A stretch of DNA of 64,000 nt from an uncultured Planctomycetales bacterium (GCA_964535935.1 CAZHWM010000007.1:37708-101707), one strand, 5' to 3'. Counted from the first letter of the stretch, positions 27,590-36,859 are shown. Notes: generated by a model not told the origin, from the sequence alone. Program-made: numbers and translations.

Positions 27590-27659
27590 ATTGCACTCAT
27601 AAAAATCTAATTACATAAATCAACAAAATAAATAATGCCATTAGTAAGCTCTATAATAA

Positions 27660-29540
27660 TTAAAACTCAAAGGAAAACCCACCTTCAAAATATCTTCTAG
27701 GTAAAGGATGGCAAATATTGGACCAATATTTGCTATTCGTAATATTATGAACATCTAAAAATACGCTCAAACCCTTACATACATTGCCAAACTTTTTGCG
27801 CATATGCACATCAAAGATAAATTTGCGGTCCTCTGGCTGAGAAGATGCTGGAGAACTCCACCGGTTATATGTTCCAATAATACCTACAAAAAGACCATTG
27901 TCGCTTTTATACGAAGCAGAAATAACAAACCCCTGTCTGGCTATTGCCTCGTCACGCACAATTTCATTTGTTTCTGCATTTCTTACATCATTAAATACAG
28001 CAGATGTATGTAAGTTAATCTTATCCGTTAATTGACAGTCAATAAAAAGCTCTGCTCCCTGTCGTCTGAATTTCTTAAAATTATCATATGCAGATATGGT
28101 AGTAGACCAGCCGATCGCATCTTTTATATCTGTCCGATACAAATTCAAATTTATTTTTAAAAGATTATTTACTTCTGATGCAATGCCTATTTCATAAACA
28201 ACCGCTCGTTCTGGTTTAAGATCTGAGTTGGGATATACCCCTAAAGAAGGATCATCCATATATATCCATAATAGTGGTGGAGCATTAAACGCACGGGATA
28301 CTTTAAACCTAAAGATCGTAGTCCTATTTCTATTAAAATAATACACACATCCCAGACTTGGACTAAGCTGAGAACCAAACTGTCTGTTATAATCAAACCT
28401 TATACCTGCTATGATATCCATATTTTTACGTTTAAGCGTATAATTCATATAAGGCGCTTGCATAACCGCACATTTACTATCGGAGAGATATCTATTAGAC
28501 TTAAGTACATACCAGTCAAAGTCTGCTCCAGCGACAATAAAAGAGCTATCAGACAAATGCATGCTTGAGGCAATACTCATGCCTTGATAAAAATTATTGC
28601 TTACTGTTGACGATTCTAGTATCCCAGATGAAACATTATATCTATCACTTATGATATCCTGGTCATTGTATTTATATGCAATATTCCATGAGAATCTATC
28701 CTTGTCAACATCTACAGACAATTTGCCATATCTTGATATATATGGAGTATAATACCATTTACCATTGGGATTTGGGCCATCATAAACATCTGCCCCACAC
28801 CAACCGAATGAACCGATTACCCTACTGCTATCGCCTAAGTCATAAGAAAGTTTGAGGAATCCGTCTCTTTCCTGTGCATCTGATATTGATTTGATTCCCT
28901 TTGTTTCCATATAACTGCCTGATAAAAAATATCCTAGTTTAGCAAACTTGCCTGAAAGTTCCAAACTTTTCTTCATCGTAGCAAACTCTGCAAAACTAGA
29001 AGTAACCTTTCCCTTAGGAGACAAGGATGTGCCTGTATCTTTTGTAATAACATTAATCACCCCACCTAAACCAGATCCCCATACGCTTGAAGCCCCTGCT
29101 TTTATTATCTCAATACGGGCTATATTTCCTATAGGCAAACGTGCAGGGTTCGCCTGCCCTGAAAGTTGAGTATTAAAGGGAATACCGTCCACCATAACCA
29201 GGACATGCCGTGATTCAGAACCATGAATAGATAAAGACCTTGCTTGGCAGAACTGGCTTGATACCCCAACATCCACTCCCGGGACATAATACAGAAATTC
29301 TCCTAAGTCCCTTGCTGGCATCGTTTCTATTTCTTCAAAAGAATACACAGATATATTATCTGCTATACCATCATCTGCTCCAGACTTGATATGCCTTGCA
29401 CTTATAACAACCGTCCCTAAATCCGTAGATAAAGGAATATATAAATCCGCTGCTAATAGAGATATGGGAAAAGCTATATATATCTGTATTATGATGAGAA
29501 AAAATGTTATCGTAAATCTAAAACAATAGAACCTACACAT
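27660..29540 (-). CDS. TonB-dependent outer-membrane receptor (BtuB-sized)
   Basis: 626 aa. Signal peptide, TonB-box-like LGTVVISA, plug domain (PGVDVGVSS...SIHGSESRHVLVMVDGIPFN), a long beta-barrel, and a terminal ...GGFSFEF with a C-terminal Phe. Confidence 0.85.
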   Translation of the reverse strand: MCRFYCFRFTITFFLIIIQIYIAFPISLLAADLYIPLSTDLGTVVISARHIKSGADDGIADNISVYSFEEIETMPARDLGEFLYYVPGVDVGVSSQFCQARSLSIHGSESRHVLVMVDGIPFNTQLSGQANPARLPIGNIARIEIIKAGASSVWGSGLGGVINVITKDTGTSLSPKGKVTSSFAEFATMKKSLELSGKFAKLGYFLSGSYMETKGIKSISDAQERDGFLKLSYDLGDSSRVIGSFGWCGADVYDGPNPNGKWYYTPYISRYGKLSVDVDKDRFSWNIAYKYNDQDIISDRYNVSSGILESSTVSNNFYQGMSIASSMHLSDSSFIVAGADFDWYVLKSNRYLSDSKCAVMQAPYMNYTLKRKNMDIIAGIRFDYNRQFGSQLSPSLGCVYYFNRNRTTIFRFKVSRAFNAPPLLWIYMDDPSLGVYPNSDLKPERAVVYEIGIASEVNNLLKINLNLYRTDIKDAIGWSTTISAYDNFKKFRRQGAELFIDCQLTDKINLHTSAVFNDVRNAETNEIVRDEAIARQGFVISASYKSDNGLFVGIIGTYNRWSSPASSQPEDRKFIFDVHMRKKFGNVCKGLSVFLDVHNITNSKYWSNICHPLPRRYFEGGFSFEF

Positions 29541-29588
29541 CTACATACATAACTTTTATTAAACAAAATAATTATTTCAATAATTAAG

Positions 29589-30491
29589 CTACTCATGCAT
29601 TAAGACCCCAATAGATTTTCTAAAAAAGGCTTCCTCTTCTATAAACCCAAAATCATGGCATAGTTTTAATAATTTTCTATACCTGTCTACAGGATCAAGG
29701 CCTAATGCCCAACAAAGTTTTCTAAGACAAACAGGACAGAGCCATAAAGGACGACTATCTAACTCTATTCTATAATTACTACCATTCATCACACATTCAT
29801 AAAAAATACAATGATGAAATCCAAGTATATGACATATCTCATGCACGCCTGTTTTTATTGCTCGCTTGAGACACAGTTTATATGCTGCCTGATCCTTTGC
29901 TGGATCACCATAACGATATATAGACCACACTCCTACTCGATCTACTACGGAGGCCTGTCCAAAAACATAATTCCATCCCTTCCCAGGCCATAAGTCAGAT
30001 GATGTAAACGCAAGGAAACAAAAAGCATCCGATGGCATATTAGGTATAAGTATTTTTTCAATGACATAACTACTTAAAATCTGGTGATCATGTGTCAAGG
30101 GATGGATCCTCTTTGCATACGAAGGAATTGAAGAAAGACTGATAGAAGGAGCAAACTTCACTGGCAAACCAAAAAACGCCTCAATATACTTGACAGTATC
30201 TTTTATTATCTGTTTACCTGCAGGAGAAAACTTGCCAAGAAGAGTAATATAAATTATCCTTCTATCTTTGCTAGGTAGGGGGGGATTACTCTTAATATAT
30301 TCACTATAACTCTGACCATCTTCTCTATGATTCGCCAACCAGTCATTTTCCCCAGGAGGAGTTTTGATCTTATGAAGGGGTAAAAGTCGTTCAAAAGCTG
30401 CCTCATCTGAAAAATTTATTGTATCAGCATAAACAAAACTTACAAAGAACAGGAAACAAATACCAACTAAAAAAATAAAATTCAACCTCAT
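29589..30491 (-). CDS. Archaemetzincin-like zinc metallopeptidase (M54) with signal peptide
   Basis: 300 aa. N-terminal MRLNFIFLVGICFLFFVSFVYA signal peptide. HEICHILGFHHCIFYECVMNGS...LWLCPVCLRKL matches the archaemetzincin signature HExxHxxGxxxCxxxxCxM...CxxC. Confidence 0.8.
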   Translation of the reverse strand: MRLNFIFLVGICFLFFVSFVYADTINFSDEAAFERLLPLHKIKTPPGENDWLANHREDGQSYSEYIKSNPPLPSKDRRIIYITLLGKFSPAGKQIIKDTVKYIEAFFGLPVKFAPSISLSSIPSYAKRIHPLTHDHQILSSYVIEKILIPNMPSDAFCFLAFTSSDLWPGKGWNYVFGQASVVDRVGVWSIYRYGDPAKDQAAYKLCLKRAIKTGVHEICHILGFHHCIFYECVMNGSNYRIELDSRPLWLCPVCLRKLCWALGLDPVDRYRKLLKLCHDFGFIEEEAFFRKSIGVLMHE

Positions 30492-30602
30492 GAAAAAAAG
30501 TTTCCATTATAATCAAATAATTATCAATCTTATAATTCCTAAAACATAAATTTTTAATATTAAAAATTTATTAATAGTTCTAAATTTCCCTCTCGCTCCA
30601 GA

Positions 30603-30992
30603 TTACTCAACAGGCAACAATTTTACTCCTGTTTCTGGACAATACTCCATATTAGCACTATATCTCTTCCCTGTAACAGGAGAATATTTAACCTTTACTT
30701 TGCCTGGGATAACTGCATCACCTATCTCCTTTATAACTGTCTGGGCCTCTTTATCTTTTACGATACTTTTTGTAAGATTAACTACTTCGTCTTCGTTTAA
30801 TTTTTTACCTGTAATTACCTCTGATACTGTCTTTATGGTATTAAACGCGTCCTTTCTTCTCCGAATAGTTGGGGTTCCTGTTAATTTTTTCTTATGAGGC
30901 GATAAGGATACACATCCTGCAATAATAAATATTACAACAATAACACCTATCAGATGAACACAAAAATTAATTCTTCGGAGTATTAACCACAC
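30603..30992 (-). CDS. Hypothetical lipoprotein
   Basis: 129 aa. GTG start preceded by GGGTGG. Signal peptide ending in the lipobox IIAGC. I recognise no domain. Confidence 0.45.
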   Translation of the reverse strand: MWLILRRINFCVHLIGVIVVIFIIAGCVSLSPHKKKLTGTPTIRRRKDAFNTIKTVSEVITGKKLNEDEVVNLTKSIVKDKEAQTVIKEIGDAVIPGKVKVKYSPVTGKRYSANMEYCPETGVKLLPVE

Positions 30993-31005
30993 ACAAAACC
31001 ACCCT

Positions 31006-31434
31006 TTATTTCGTAGCGGTCTGAATCATATGATCAATGACCTTATCACTAACATTATTATTTTTCAGATATGAAATTATCTCTGAGGTAAGTTTATATA
31101 CAGAATGCGTTCTATCTATCTCACTTATAATAAGATCATCTGGCATTCCTTTTTTTACCATATCAACAATCTTCTCTATAGTAACATAATTAGGATTATT
31201 AGCCGCCTGATATTTATCCATCTGATACCCTATAAGCCCACCGCTTAACGCTCCTGCAGCCCCTCCTATCAGAGCGCCTTCCCATGCATGCCCATCCTGA
31301 TGGCCAACAATACCTCCAATAGCCGCACCCGTTAACGCTCCAATACCCGCACCTTTTTTAGTTCCCTCTCCCATAGTCTCACAACCAGCAAAGGCTACCA
31401 CCATTACCATAACAAAAATAAGATTTTTTTTCAT
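31006..31434 (-). CDS. Glycine-zipper lipoprotein
   Basis: 142 aa. MKKNLIFVMVMVVAFAGC lipobox, then glycine-zipper repeats GAGIGALTGAAIGGIVG...GALIGGAAGALSGGLIG, plus a small C-terminal domain. Confidence 0.6.
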   Translation of the reverse strand: MKKNLIFVMVMVVAFAGCETMGEGTKKGAGIGALTGAAIGGIVGHQDGHAWEGALIGGAAGALSGGLIGYQMDKYQAANNPNYVTIEKIVDMVKKGMPDDLIISEIDRTHSVYKLTSEIISYLKNNNVSDKVIDHMIQTATK

Positions 31435-31463
31435 GGTAAAATCTCCCTATACAAAAAACAAAT

Positions 31464-31862
31464 TGGTGGAGGTGCGGGGAATCGAACCCCGGTCCTTGCA
31501 ACGTTATGCATAAGCTTCTACATGCTTAGCCTGTCAATTAATCTCCCCCTTGCTGCCTTGACAGGCAAAGTCAACAAAAGGCAGCCCTCTAAAAATCTCA
31601 CATCCGCCCCAAGGGCAAGGACAGATGCCAGCCTGCTAGTGACCTTTTATAGACCCGCAGGCAAGACCTATAAAAGGGCCTTGTTTATCTATTAAACAAG
31701 GGCTTCGTCACCTGCAAAGACAGGTTCCACTATAGAACTTGCCTTTGCTAACAAACGTTCATTCTCGCCGTTTGTTTTTGCCCGGATGATTAACGAGGCC
31801 AACCAGGCTTCCTCGGCATGCCACTTATGCATCAACTGTCCAAGTCGAGACCAATCACCCCC
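31464..31862 (-). ncRNA. ssrA: tmRNA (SsrA)
   Basis: Minus strand starts GGGGGUGAUUGGUCUCGACUUGGACAG and ends ...GGGGUUCGAUUCCCCGCACCUCCACCA. The acceptor GGGGGUG/CACCUCC carries the G3:U70 alanine identity pair and the CCA is encoded. An internal reading frame ends ...GCA GGU GAC GAA GCC CUU GUU UAA UAG, with the stops in the loop of a hairpin (CCUUGUUUA/UAAACAAGG). Confidence 0.92.
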
Positions 31863-31989
31863 CTTTATTTATTATTAAAACTAACCTTACCCCCGTTCTA
31901 TATCTCTATAAAACTTATATATTTTATATATATTATAATAAATATCCCCACCCCTTTCAACAAGGTTTTCCCTTCATCCCATCTAATGG

Positions 31990-32967
31990 TTATGAATATA
32001 AATATTTATCAAGTTCATCTTCCTGTGGCAGCGGACTTTGTTGGGCATATCCAAATGCCTGTTTTATCTCTCTATCAATAGCAGTAGCTATCTCATCAAG
32101 CTGAGGACTTGTTGCAATATCATTTTTTAAAATATAATTAACTAACACCTTGACAGAGTCTCTGTTATTAGCCTCATCCCTATCCTCTGGCTTACGATAT
32201 TGTTGTCTTAATGGATCTCCAGCGCCCGAATGAGCACGCCATCTCTGCACTAGACATTCAAGGAAAAACGGCCCTTTCCCACCCCGTGCACGTTCAATTA
32301 CCTCACGTGACTGACTATAAACCTCAAGAACATCCATCCCGTCTATACGCCTAGCTGGCAAATCAAAGGCTGATGCCCTTTTATAAATATTATCATCTAC
32401 CTGTCTTGCTGAAATATGCGAACATACGGCATACTTATTATTCTCGCACACAAATATAACTGGCAAATTCATCATCTTAGCCAAATTCATACTCTCATAT
32501 AATATACCCTGTTCACATGCAGCATCACCAAAAAAAGCTACCGCAACTAAACCCTTACCCTGCCTCTTATATGCAAAACCAGCACCTACTGCATGGGGGA
32601 TACCACCAGCAACTATAGCAGAACACCCTAAATGTCCCACAGAGATATCTATCAAATGCATTGAACCACCTCGACCCTTGGCACAACCTGTCCTTTTACA
32701 ATAAAGTTCTGCCATCATTGCTTTAAGGTCTCCTCCTTTGGCTAAGTAATGTGCATGGCTGCGATGATTACTAAAAATATTATCCTCTCTTCTCAAATTA
32801 GCACACACGCCAACCGCAACCGCTTCCTGCCCAAGCGACAGGTGTACAGGAGTTCTCATCTCATCTTCATGATAATGTTTTTCTATCTCCAACTCTGTCT
32901 TCCGTATTTTTAAAAGAGAAGCATATAATTCCAAAATCTTTTCTTTAGAAATATTATGATCCACCAC
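31990..32967 (-). CDS. Thiamine-diphosphate-dependent dehydrogenase E1 component, alpha subunit (no beta subunit adjacent)
   Basis: 325 aa of the E1-alpha family (HLSLGQEAVAVG, GRGGSMHL, ThDP-binding FFGDAACEQG...NNKYA). GTG start with AGGGAGAAG upstream. Confidence 0.85.
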   Translation of the reverse strand: MVDHNISKEKILELYASLLKIRKTELEIEKHYHEDEMRTPVHLSLGQEAVAVGVCANLRREDNIFSNHRSHAHYLAKGGDLKAMMAELYCKRTGCAKGRGGSMHLIDISVGHLGCSAIVAGGIPHAVGAGFAYKRQGKGLVAVAFFGDAACEQGILYESMNLAKMMNLPVIFVCENNKYAVCSHISARQVDDNIYKRASAFDLPARRIDGMDVLEVYSQSREVIERARGGKGPFFLECLVQRWRAHSGAGDPLRQQYRKPEDRDEANNRDSVKVLVNYILKNDIATSPQLDEIATAIDREIKQAFGYAQQSPLPQEDELDKYLYS

Positions 32968-32987
32968 TATCTTCTCCCTTTATCTGA

Positions 32988-33173
32988 TTAAAAAATATAA
33001 CCTTTTCTAATTACAACCGGATAAAGTATATAAATATCCCGATGCTCTATAAGCCTCAGTTCAGCCTCCTTTTTACCTATTTTATTTAAATAATCCAAAA
33101 TATACACATCATCTGTTTTCCCGTTTTCATCAGAAGCAATACTTAGAAACGGATAAAAACCCCAAAGATCCAT
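32988..33173 (-). CDS. Hypothetical small protein (possibly the 3' part of a disrupted gene)
   Basis: 61-aa ORF ending 20 nt before the E1-alpha start. I recognise no motif. It is preceded, in another frame, by a 46-codon TM-like ORF (see findings). Confidence 0.3.
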   Translation of the reverse strand: MDLWGFYPFLSIASDENGKTDDVYILDYLNKIGKKEAELRLIEHRDIYILYPVVIRKGYIF

Positions 33174-33362
33174 AACTTCAAAATAATGTAAATTTCCTTT
33201 TATAATAGTAAGAGATCCTCATATATGTTAAATGACAATCAAGATATTCTGTCATTCTAATAGTAATTCCATAAACAAGGAAAAATAAAATCAATATCCA
33301 CAAAAGGAAACTGAACACACCACCTACATACTTCTATAAAACTCTCCTACAAGAGGATATGA

Positions 33363-33521
33363 TCAAAAAAGCGTATAAATAAACGGTGTAACTGCTGAAC
33401 TTGATGCAAAAACAATAAGAAGACTTAATACAGCTAATATGATAATAATAGGCGCAAGCCAATACCTTTTCCTTACTTTAAGAAAATCCCAGAATTCTTT
33501 TATAATAGAAAGCTTTGACAT
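33363..33521 (-). CDS. DUF5989 (SxtK-like) small membrane protein, 52 aa (below the ORF-track cutoff)
   Basis: Manual translation after RBS AGGAGGGG gives MSKLSIIKEFWDFLKVRKRYWLAPIIIILAVLSLLIVFASSSAVTPFIYTLF then TGA. The basic RKRYWL motif, single TM and C-terminal PFIYTLF match my recollection of DUF5989 proteins found next to carbamoyltransferases. Confidence 0.75.
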   Translation of the reverse strand: MSKLSIIKEFWDFLKVRKRYWLAPIIIILAVLSLLIVFASSSAVTPFIYTLF

Positions 33522-33577
33522 AAAGTTCCCCTCCTGTTACAAAAAATTTCTCTCATTTTTCTACTTTTATCATTAAA

Positions 33578-33985
33578 CTAAAATTGTTTCAAATAATCAC
33601 TCTTCTTATATATTTTATCATCCCGTTTATGCCAATAAGATTGTGTTTTTTTATCTATTTTTCTATCTAATAAATCCCGCCCTGTCAATCTCAAAAAAAT
33701 ACCAGCAGGTGCAAAAATAAAAAGAAATACGATACTCATAATAATAGCTGTAACTATATCCCCAATAAAATGCGCTACCCTCATCCATTTAAAAAAAACA
33801 AATTCAAGCCCTCTACGATTAAACAAGGCCAAAATAAGTATAAATAAGCCAACAAAAAAAAGGACAAATGGAAAGAGATTCCAACCGTGTTTTAATACAG
33901 ACCTTATACCTAAAATCGTAAAAATTATAGGTAGGCCATATCCAAAAAAATTCAAACTTTTAGTATCTACACCATTTTTTGTCAT
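33578..33985 (-). CDS. SxtJ-like membrane protein
   Basis: 135 aa with three or four TM segments. The call rests on its position between the carbamoyltransferase and the DUF5989 gene (the conserved sxtI-J-K-like triad), on size and on topology. It does not rest on a catalytic motif. Confidence 0.6.
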   Translation of the reverse strand: MTKNGVDTKSLNFFGYGLPIIFTILGIRSVLKHGWNLFPFVLFFVGLFILILALFNRRGLEFVFFKWMRVAHFIGDIVTAIIMSIVFLFIFAPAGIFLRLTGRDLLDRKIDKKTQSYWHKRDDKIYKKSDYLKQF

Positions 33986-34002
33986 AACACTATATATAAA
34001 AG

Positions 34003-35841
34003 TTAATCCAAAATTGTAGAAATATCATCTTTTTTATATCTGTTCCTATCAGGCTGTTTCTGTTTATCCAACAGGCAATTACCCATTACAAGATAATCCA
34101 TATCCGTACACATAAAACATCTATAGGCATCTTCTGGAGTACATACAATAGGCTCACCCCTGATATTAAAAGAGGTATTAATAACAACAGGACAATTTGT
34201 TATTTTCTCGAATTCCTTAATAATATCGTAAAAAAAAGTATTTTTTTTATAAGAGACCGTTTGTATACGCGCAGAATAATCAACATGCGTTACTGCCGGT
34301 ATATCGGATCTCTTTATCTTTAGCCGTTCAAGACCTTCTGCCTTTATTTTCTTAGACTCCTGATTTATCTTTGATTCTCTCAGTTTAGCAACAAGAAGCA
34401 TATATGGGCTTTTGGAATTTAAGTCAAAATATTCGCTGCATCTCTCCTCCAAAACACTTGGTGCAAAAGGTCTAAAGGATTCCCTAAATTTTATCTTCAA
34501 ATTCAGTTTTGATTGCATTGTCTCGGACCTTGGATCTGCAATTATACTACGTGCACCCAATGCACGTGGACCGAACTCCATTCTACCATAAAACAAACCT
34601 ATGACCTTATCATCAGCTATAAGCTTTGCAACCCTACTAGCCATGAGGTCTAATGGTATCTGTTCAAAAGGGACACCTTTAGCCTTCAAGAAACCAGAAA
34701 CCTCCTCATCTGTAAAAGAAGGCCCCAAATACGACCCCTTTTGCATATCTTCTATATCATCAACCTTACGTTCCATTCCAAGATACCTATACCATACAAA
34801 CAATGCCGCACCAACCGCTCCCCCTGCATCTCCTGCAGCAGGCTGTATCCATATATTTTTAAACCTACTTTCACGAAGTATCCTTCCATTACCAACACAA
34901 TTAAGCGCAACCCCACCTGCCAAACACAAATTCTGTTTACCTGTAACCTCATGCACATGATTTGCCATCTTAAGCATAACCTCTTCTGTAACATCCTGAA
35001 TAGATCTGGCAATATCCATATGCTTTTGTGTAATCTCTGTCTCTGGTTTCCTAGGAGGGCAACCAAAAAGAGAATGAAACCTATTATTAGTCATCGTTAG
35101 GCCAGCACAGTAATTAAAATATTCCATGTTCAACTTAAAAGAACCATCAGGCTTTATATCTATCAATTCTTTCTTTATCAGATCAGAATATATAGGCCTA
35201 CCATAAGGAGCAAGGCCCATAAGTTTATATTCGCCTGAATTAACCCTGAAACCGACAAAATATGTAAATGCAGAATAAAGCAATCCCAAAGAATGAGGGA
35301 AATGAATATCTGCAAGAAGCTTTATACTATTCCTCTCACCTATACCATAACTAGTTGTAGTCCATTCGCCTACACCATCTATTGTCAAAATAGCAGCATC
35401 TTCAAAAGGCGATGGGAAAAATGCAGATGCAGCATGAGATTCATGATGTTCCGGAAATATTATATCTCCTTTATAACCTAACTCTTTACTTATAATATCC
35501 TTTAAATAAAGCTTTTCCTTCATCCATAAAGGAATAGCCTTGATAAAAGAACGAATACCTAAAGGAGCATAAGTCAAATATGTGAGAAGAAGTCTCTCGA
35601 ATTTCAAAAAAGGTTTATCATAAAAACCACAATAATCTATCTGCGATATATCAATACCTGCTTCATCCAGACAATACTTAATAGCCTGCGAAGGAAATCT
35701 ATGATCATGTTTTTTTCTAGAAAATCTCTCCTCTTGTGCAGCAGCAACTATCTCTCCATCTTTTACCAAACAAGCTGCACTATCATGGTAAAAAGCAGAT
35801 ATACCTAATATATAAATAGGTCGGTGTTTATTTCTGGCCAT
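34003..35841 (-). CDS. Carbamoyltransferase (NodU/CmcH/SxtI family)
   Basis: 612 aa. N-terminal ASKHA-like ILGISAFYHDSAACLVKDGEIVAAAQEERFSRKKHD, and a C-terminal YrdC-like/carbamoyl-AMP domain (GRMEFGPRALGARSI, NTSFNIRGEPIV). Confidence 0.92.
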   Translation of the reverse strand: MARNKHRPIYILGISAFYHDSAACLVKDGEIVAAAQEERFSRKKHDHRFPSQAIKYCLDEAGIDISQIDYCGFYDKPFLKFERLLLTYLTYAPLGIRSFIKAIPLWMKEKLYLKDIISKELGYKGDIIFPEHHESHAASAFFPSPFEDAAILTIDGVGEWTTTSYGIGERNSIKLLADIHFPHSLGLLYSAFTYFVGFRVNSGEYKLMGLAPYGRPIYSDLIKKELIDIKPDGSFKLNMEYFNYCAGLTMTNNRFHSLFGCPPRKPETEITQKHMDIARSIQDVTEEVMLKMANHVHEVTGKQNLCLAGGVALNCVGNGRILRESRFKNIWIQPAAGDAGGAVGAALFVWYRYLGMERKVDDIEDMQKGSYLGPSFTDEEVSGFLKAKGVPFEQIPLDLMASRVAKLIADDKVIGLFYGRMEFGPRALGARSIIADPRSETMQSKLNLKIKFRESFRPFAPSVLEERCSEYFDLNSKSPYMLLVAKLRESKINQESKKIKAEGLERLKIKRSDIPAVTHVDYSARIQTVSYKKNTFFYDIIKEFEKITNCPVVINTSFNIRGEPIVCTPEDAYRCFMCTDMDYLVMGNCLLDKQKQPDRNRYKKDDISTILD

Positions 35842-35914
35842 AGACTTATTATTTATAAAAACTAATTATATTTTATATTATCAATCCAGTGTATAAAGCA
35901 CAACAAAGCAGAAT

Positions 35915-36859
35915 CTACAAGCTTTTATTTTTAAACCAGCTAATGGTTTCTTTCAATCCCTGTTCCAAATTAACCTTTGGTGACCATTTCAGATGTTTTT
36001 TAGCCAGAGAGATATCCGGCCGACGTTGTTTTGGATCATCTATAGGAAGGGGTTTAAACACTATCTTACTACGTGATGAGGATATCTTGATCACTAATTT
36101 AGCAAAATCAAGTATTGTAAACTCATCAGGATTTCCTATGTTAACAGGTGAATGTAAAGGAGAAAACAAAAGGCGGGTTATTCCTTCTATCAAATCAGAA
36201 TAAAAACAAAAAGACCTTGTCTGCTTACCGCGACCGAACACTGTTAAAGATTCATTATTGATAGCCTGATGAATAAAATTAGGCACTACCCTTCCATCGT
36301 TTATACGCATACGCGGCCCATAGGTATTAAAAATACGTACTATCTTTGTATCTATATTATGATACCTATGATATGCCATAGTAATAGCTTCTGCAAACCG
36401 TTTTGCCTCATCATAAACTCCTCGAGGTCCAATAGGATTAACATTACCCCAATAAGTCTCTTTTTGCGGATGGACAAGAGGATCTCCATATACCTCGGAT
36501 GTAGACGCAAGCAAAAACCGTGCTTTTTTGAGTTTTGCAAGGCCAAGTGTGTTATGGGTGCCTAAAGAACCTACCTTAAGCGTTGGAATAGGATAATTAA
36601 GATAATCCACAGGGCTTGCTGGCGAGGCAAAATGTAATACATAATCTATTCTACCTTTAATCTTGATCTCCTTTGAGATATCATGTTTAATAAATTCAAA
36701 ATCTTTATTGTCTAAAAGATGTTCTATATTAGACATACTCCCTGTTATAAGATTATCCACACAATACACCCTAAAACCATCCCTTAAGAATCTATCGCAC
36801 AAATGGCTACCTAAAAAACCTGCCCCTCCAGTCACAACTATTGTTTTTTTTACCGCCAT
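35915..36859 (-). CDS. UDP-glucuronate decarboxylase (UDP-xylose synthase)
   Basis: 314 aa [50 protein letters not shown] and [10 protein letters not shown] are characteristic of UXS. Confidence 0.9.
   Translation of the reverse strand: MAVKKTIVVTGGAGFLGSHLCDRFLRDGFRVYCVDNLITGSMSNIEHLLDNKDFEFIKHDISKEIKIKGRIDYVLHFASPASPVDYLNYPIPTLKVGSLGTHNTLGLAKLKKARFLLASTSEVYGDPLVHPQKETYWGNVNPIGPRGVYDEAKRFAEAITMAYHRYHNIDTKIVRIFNTYGPRMRINDGRVVPNFIHQAINNESLTVFGRGKQTRSFCFYSDLIEGITRLLFSPLHSPVNIGNPDEFTILDFAKLVIKISSSRSKIVFKPLPIDDPKQRRPDISLAKKHLKWSPKVNLEQGLKETISWFKNKSL

Noticed and set aside
29541-30602. Looked for a cobalamin or other riboswitch, or a Fur box, ahead of the BtuB-sized TonB-dependent receptor.
   Set aside because: The receptor follows the protease gene after 48 nt, so there is no room. 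The 110-nt region upstream of the protease is plain AT-rich sequence with no recognisable conserved core.
27660-31463. Possible genomic island integrated at the 3' end of ssrA, a classic integration hotspot.
   Set aside because: There is no integrase or recombinase gene, and I could see no direct repeat of the tmRNA 3' end at a distal boundary. The composition looks like the rest of the window.
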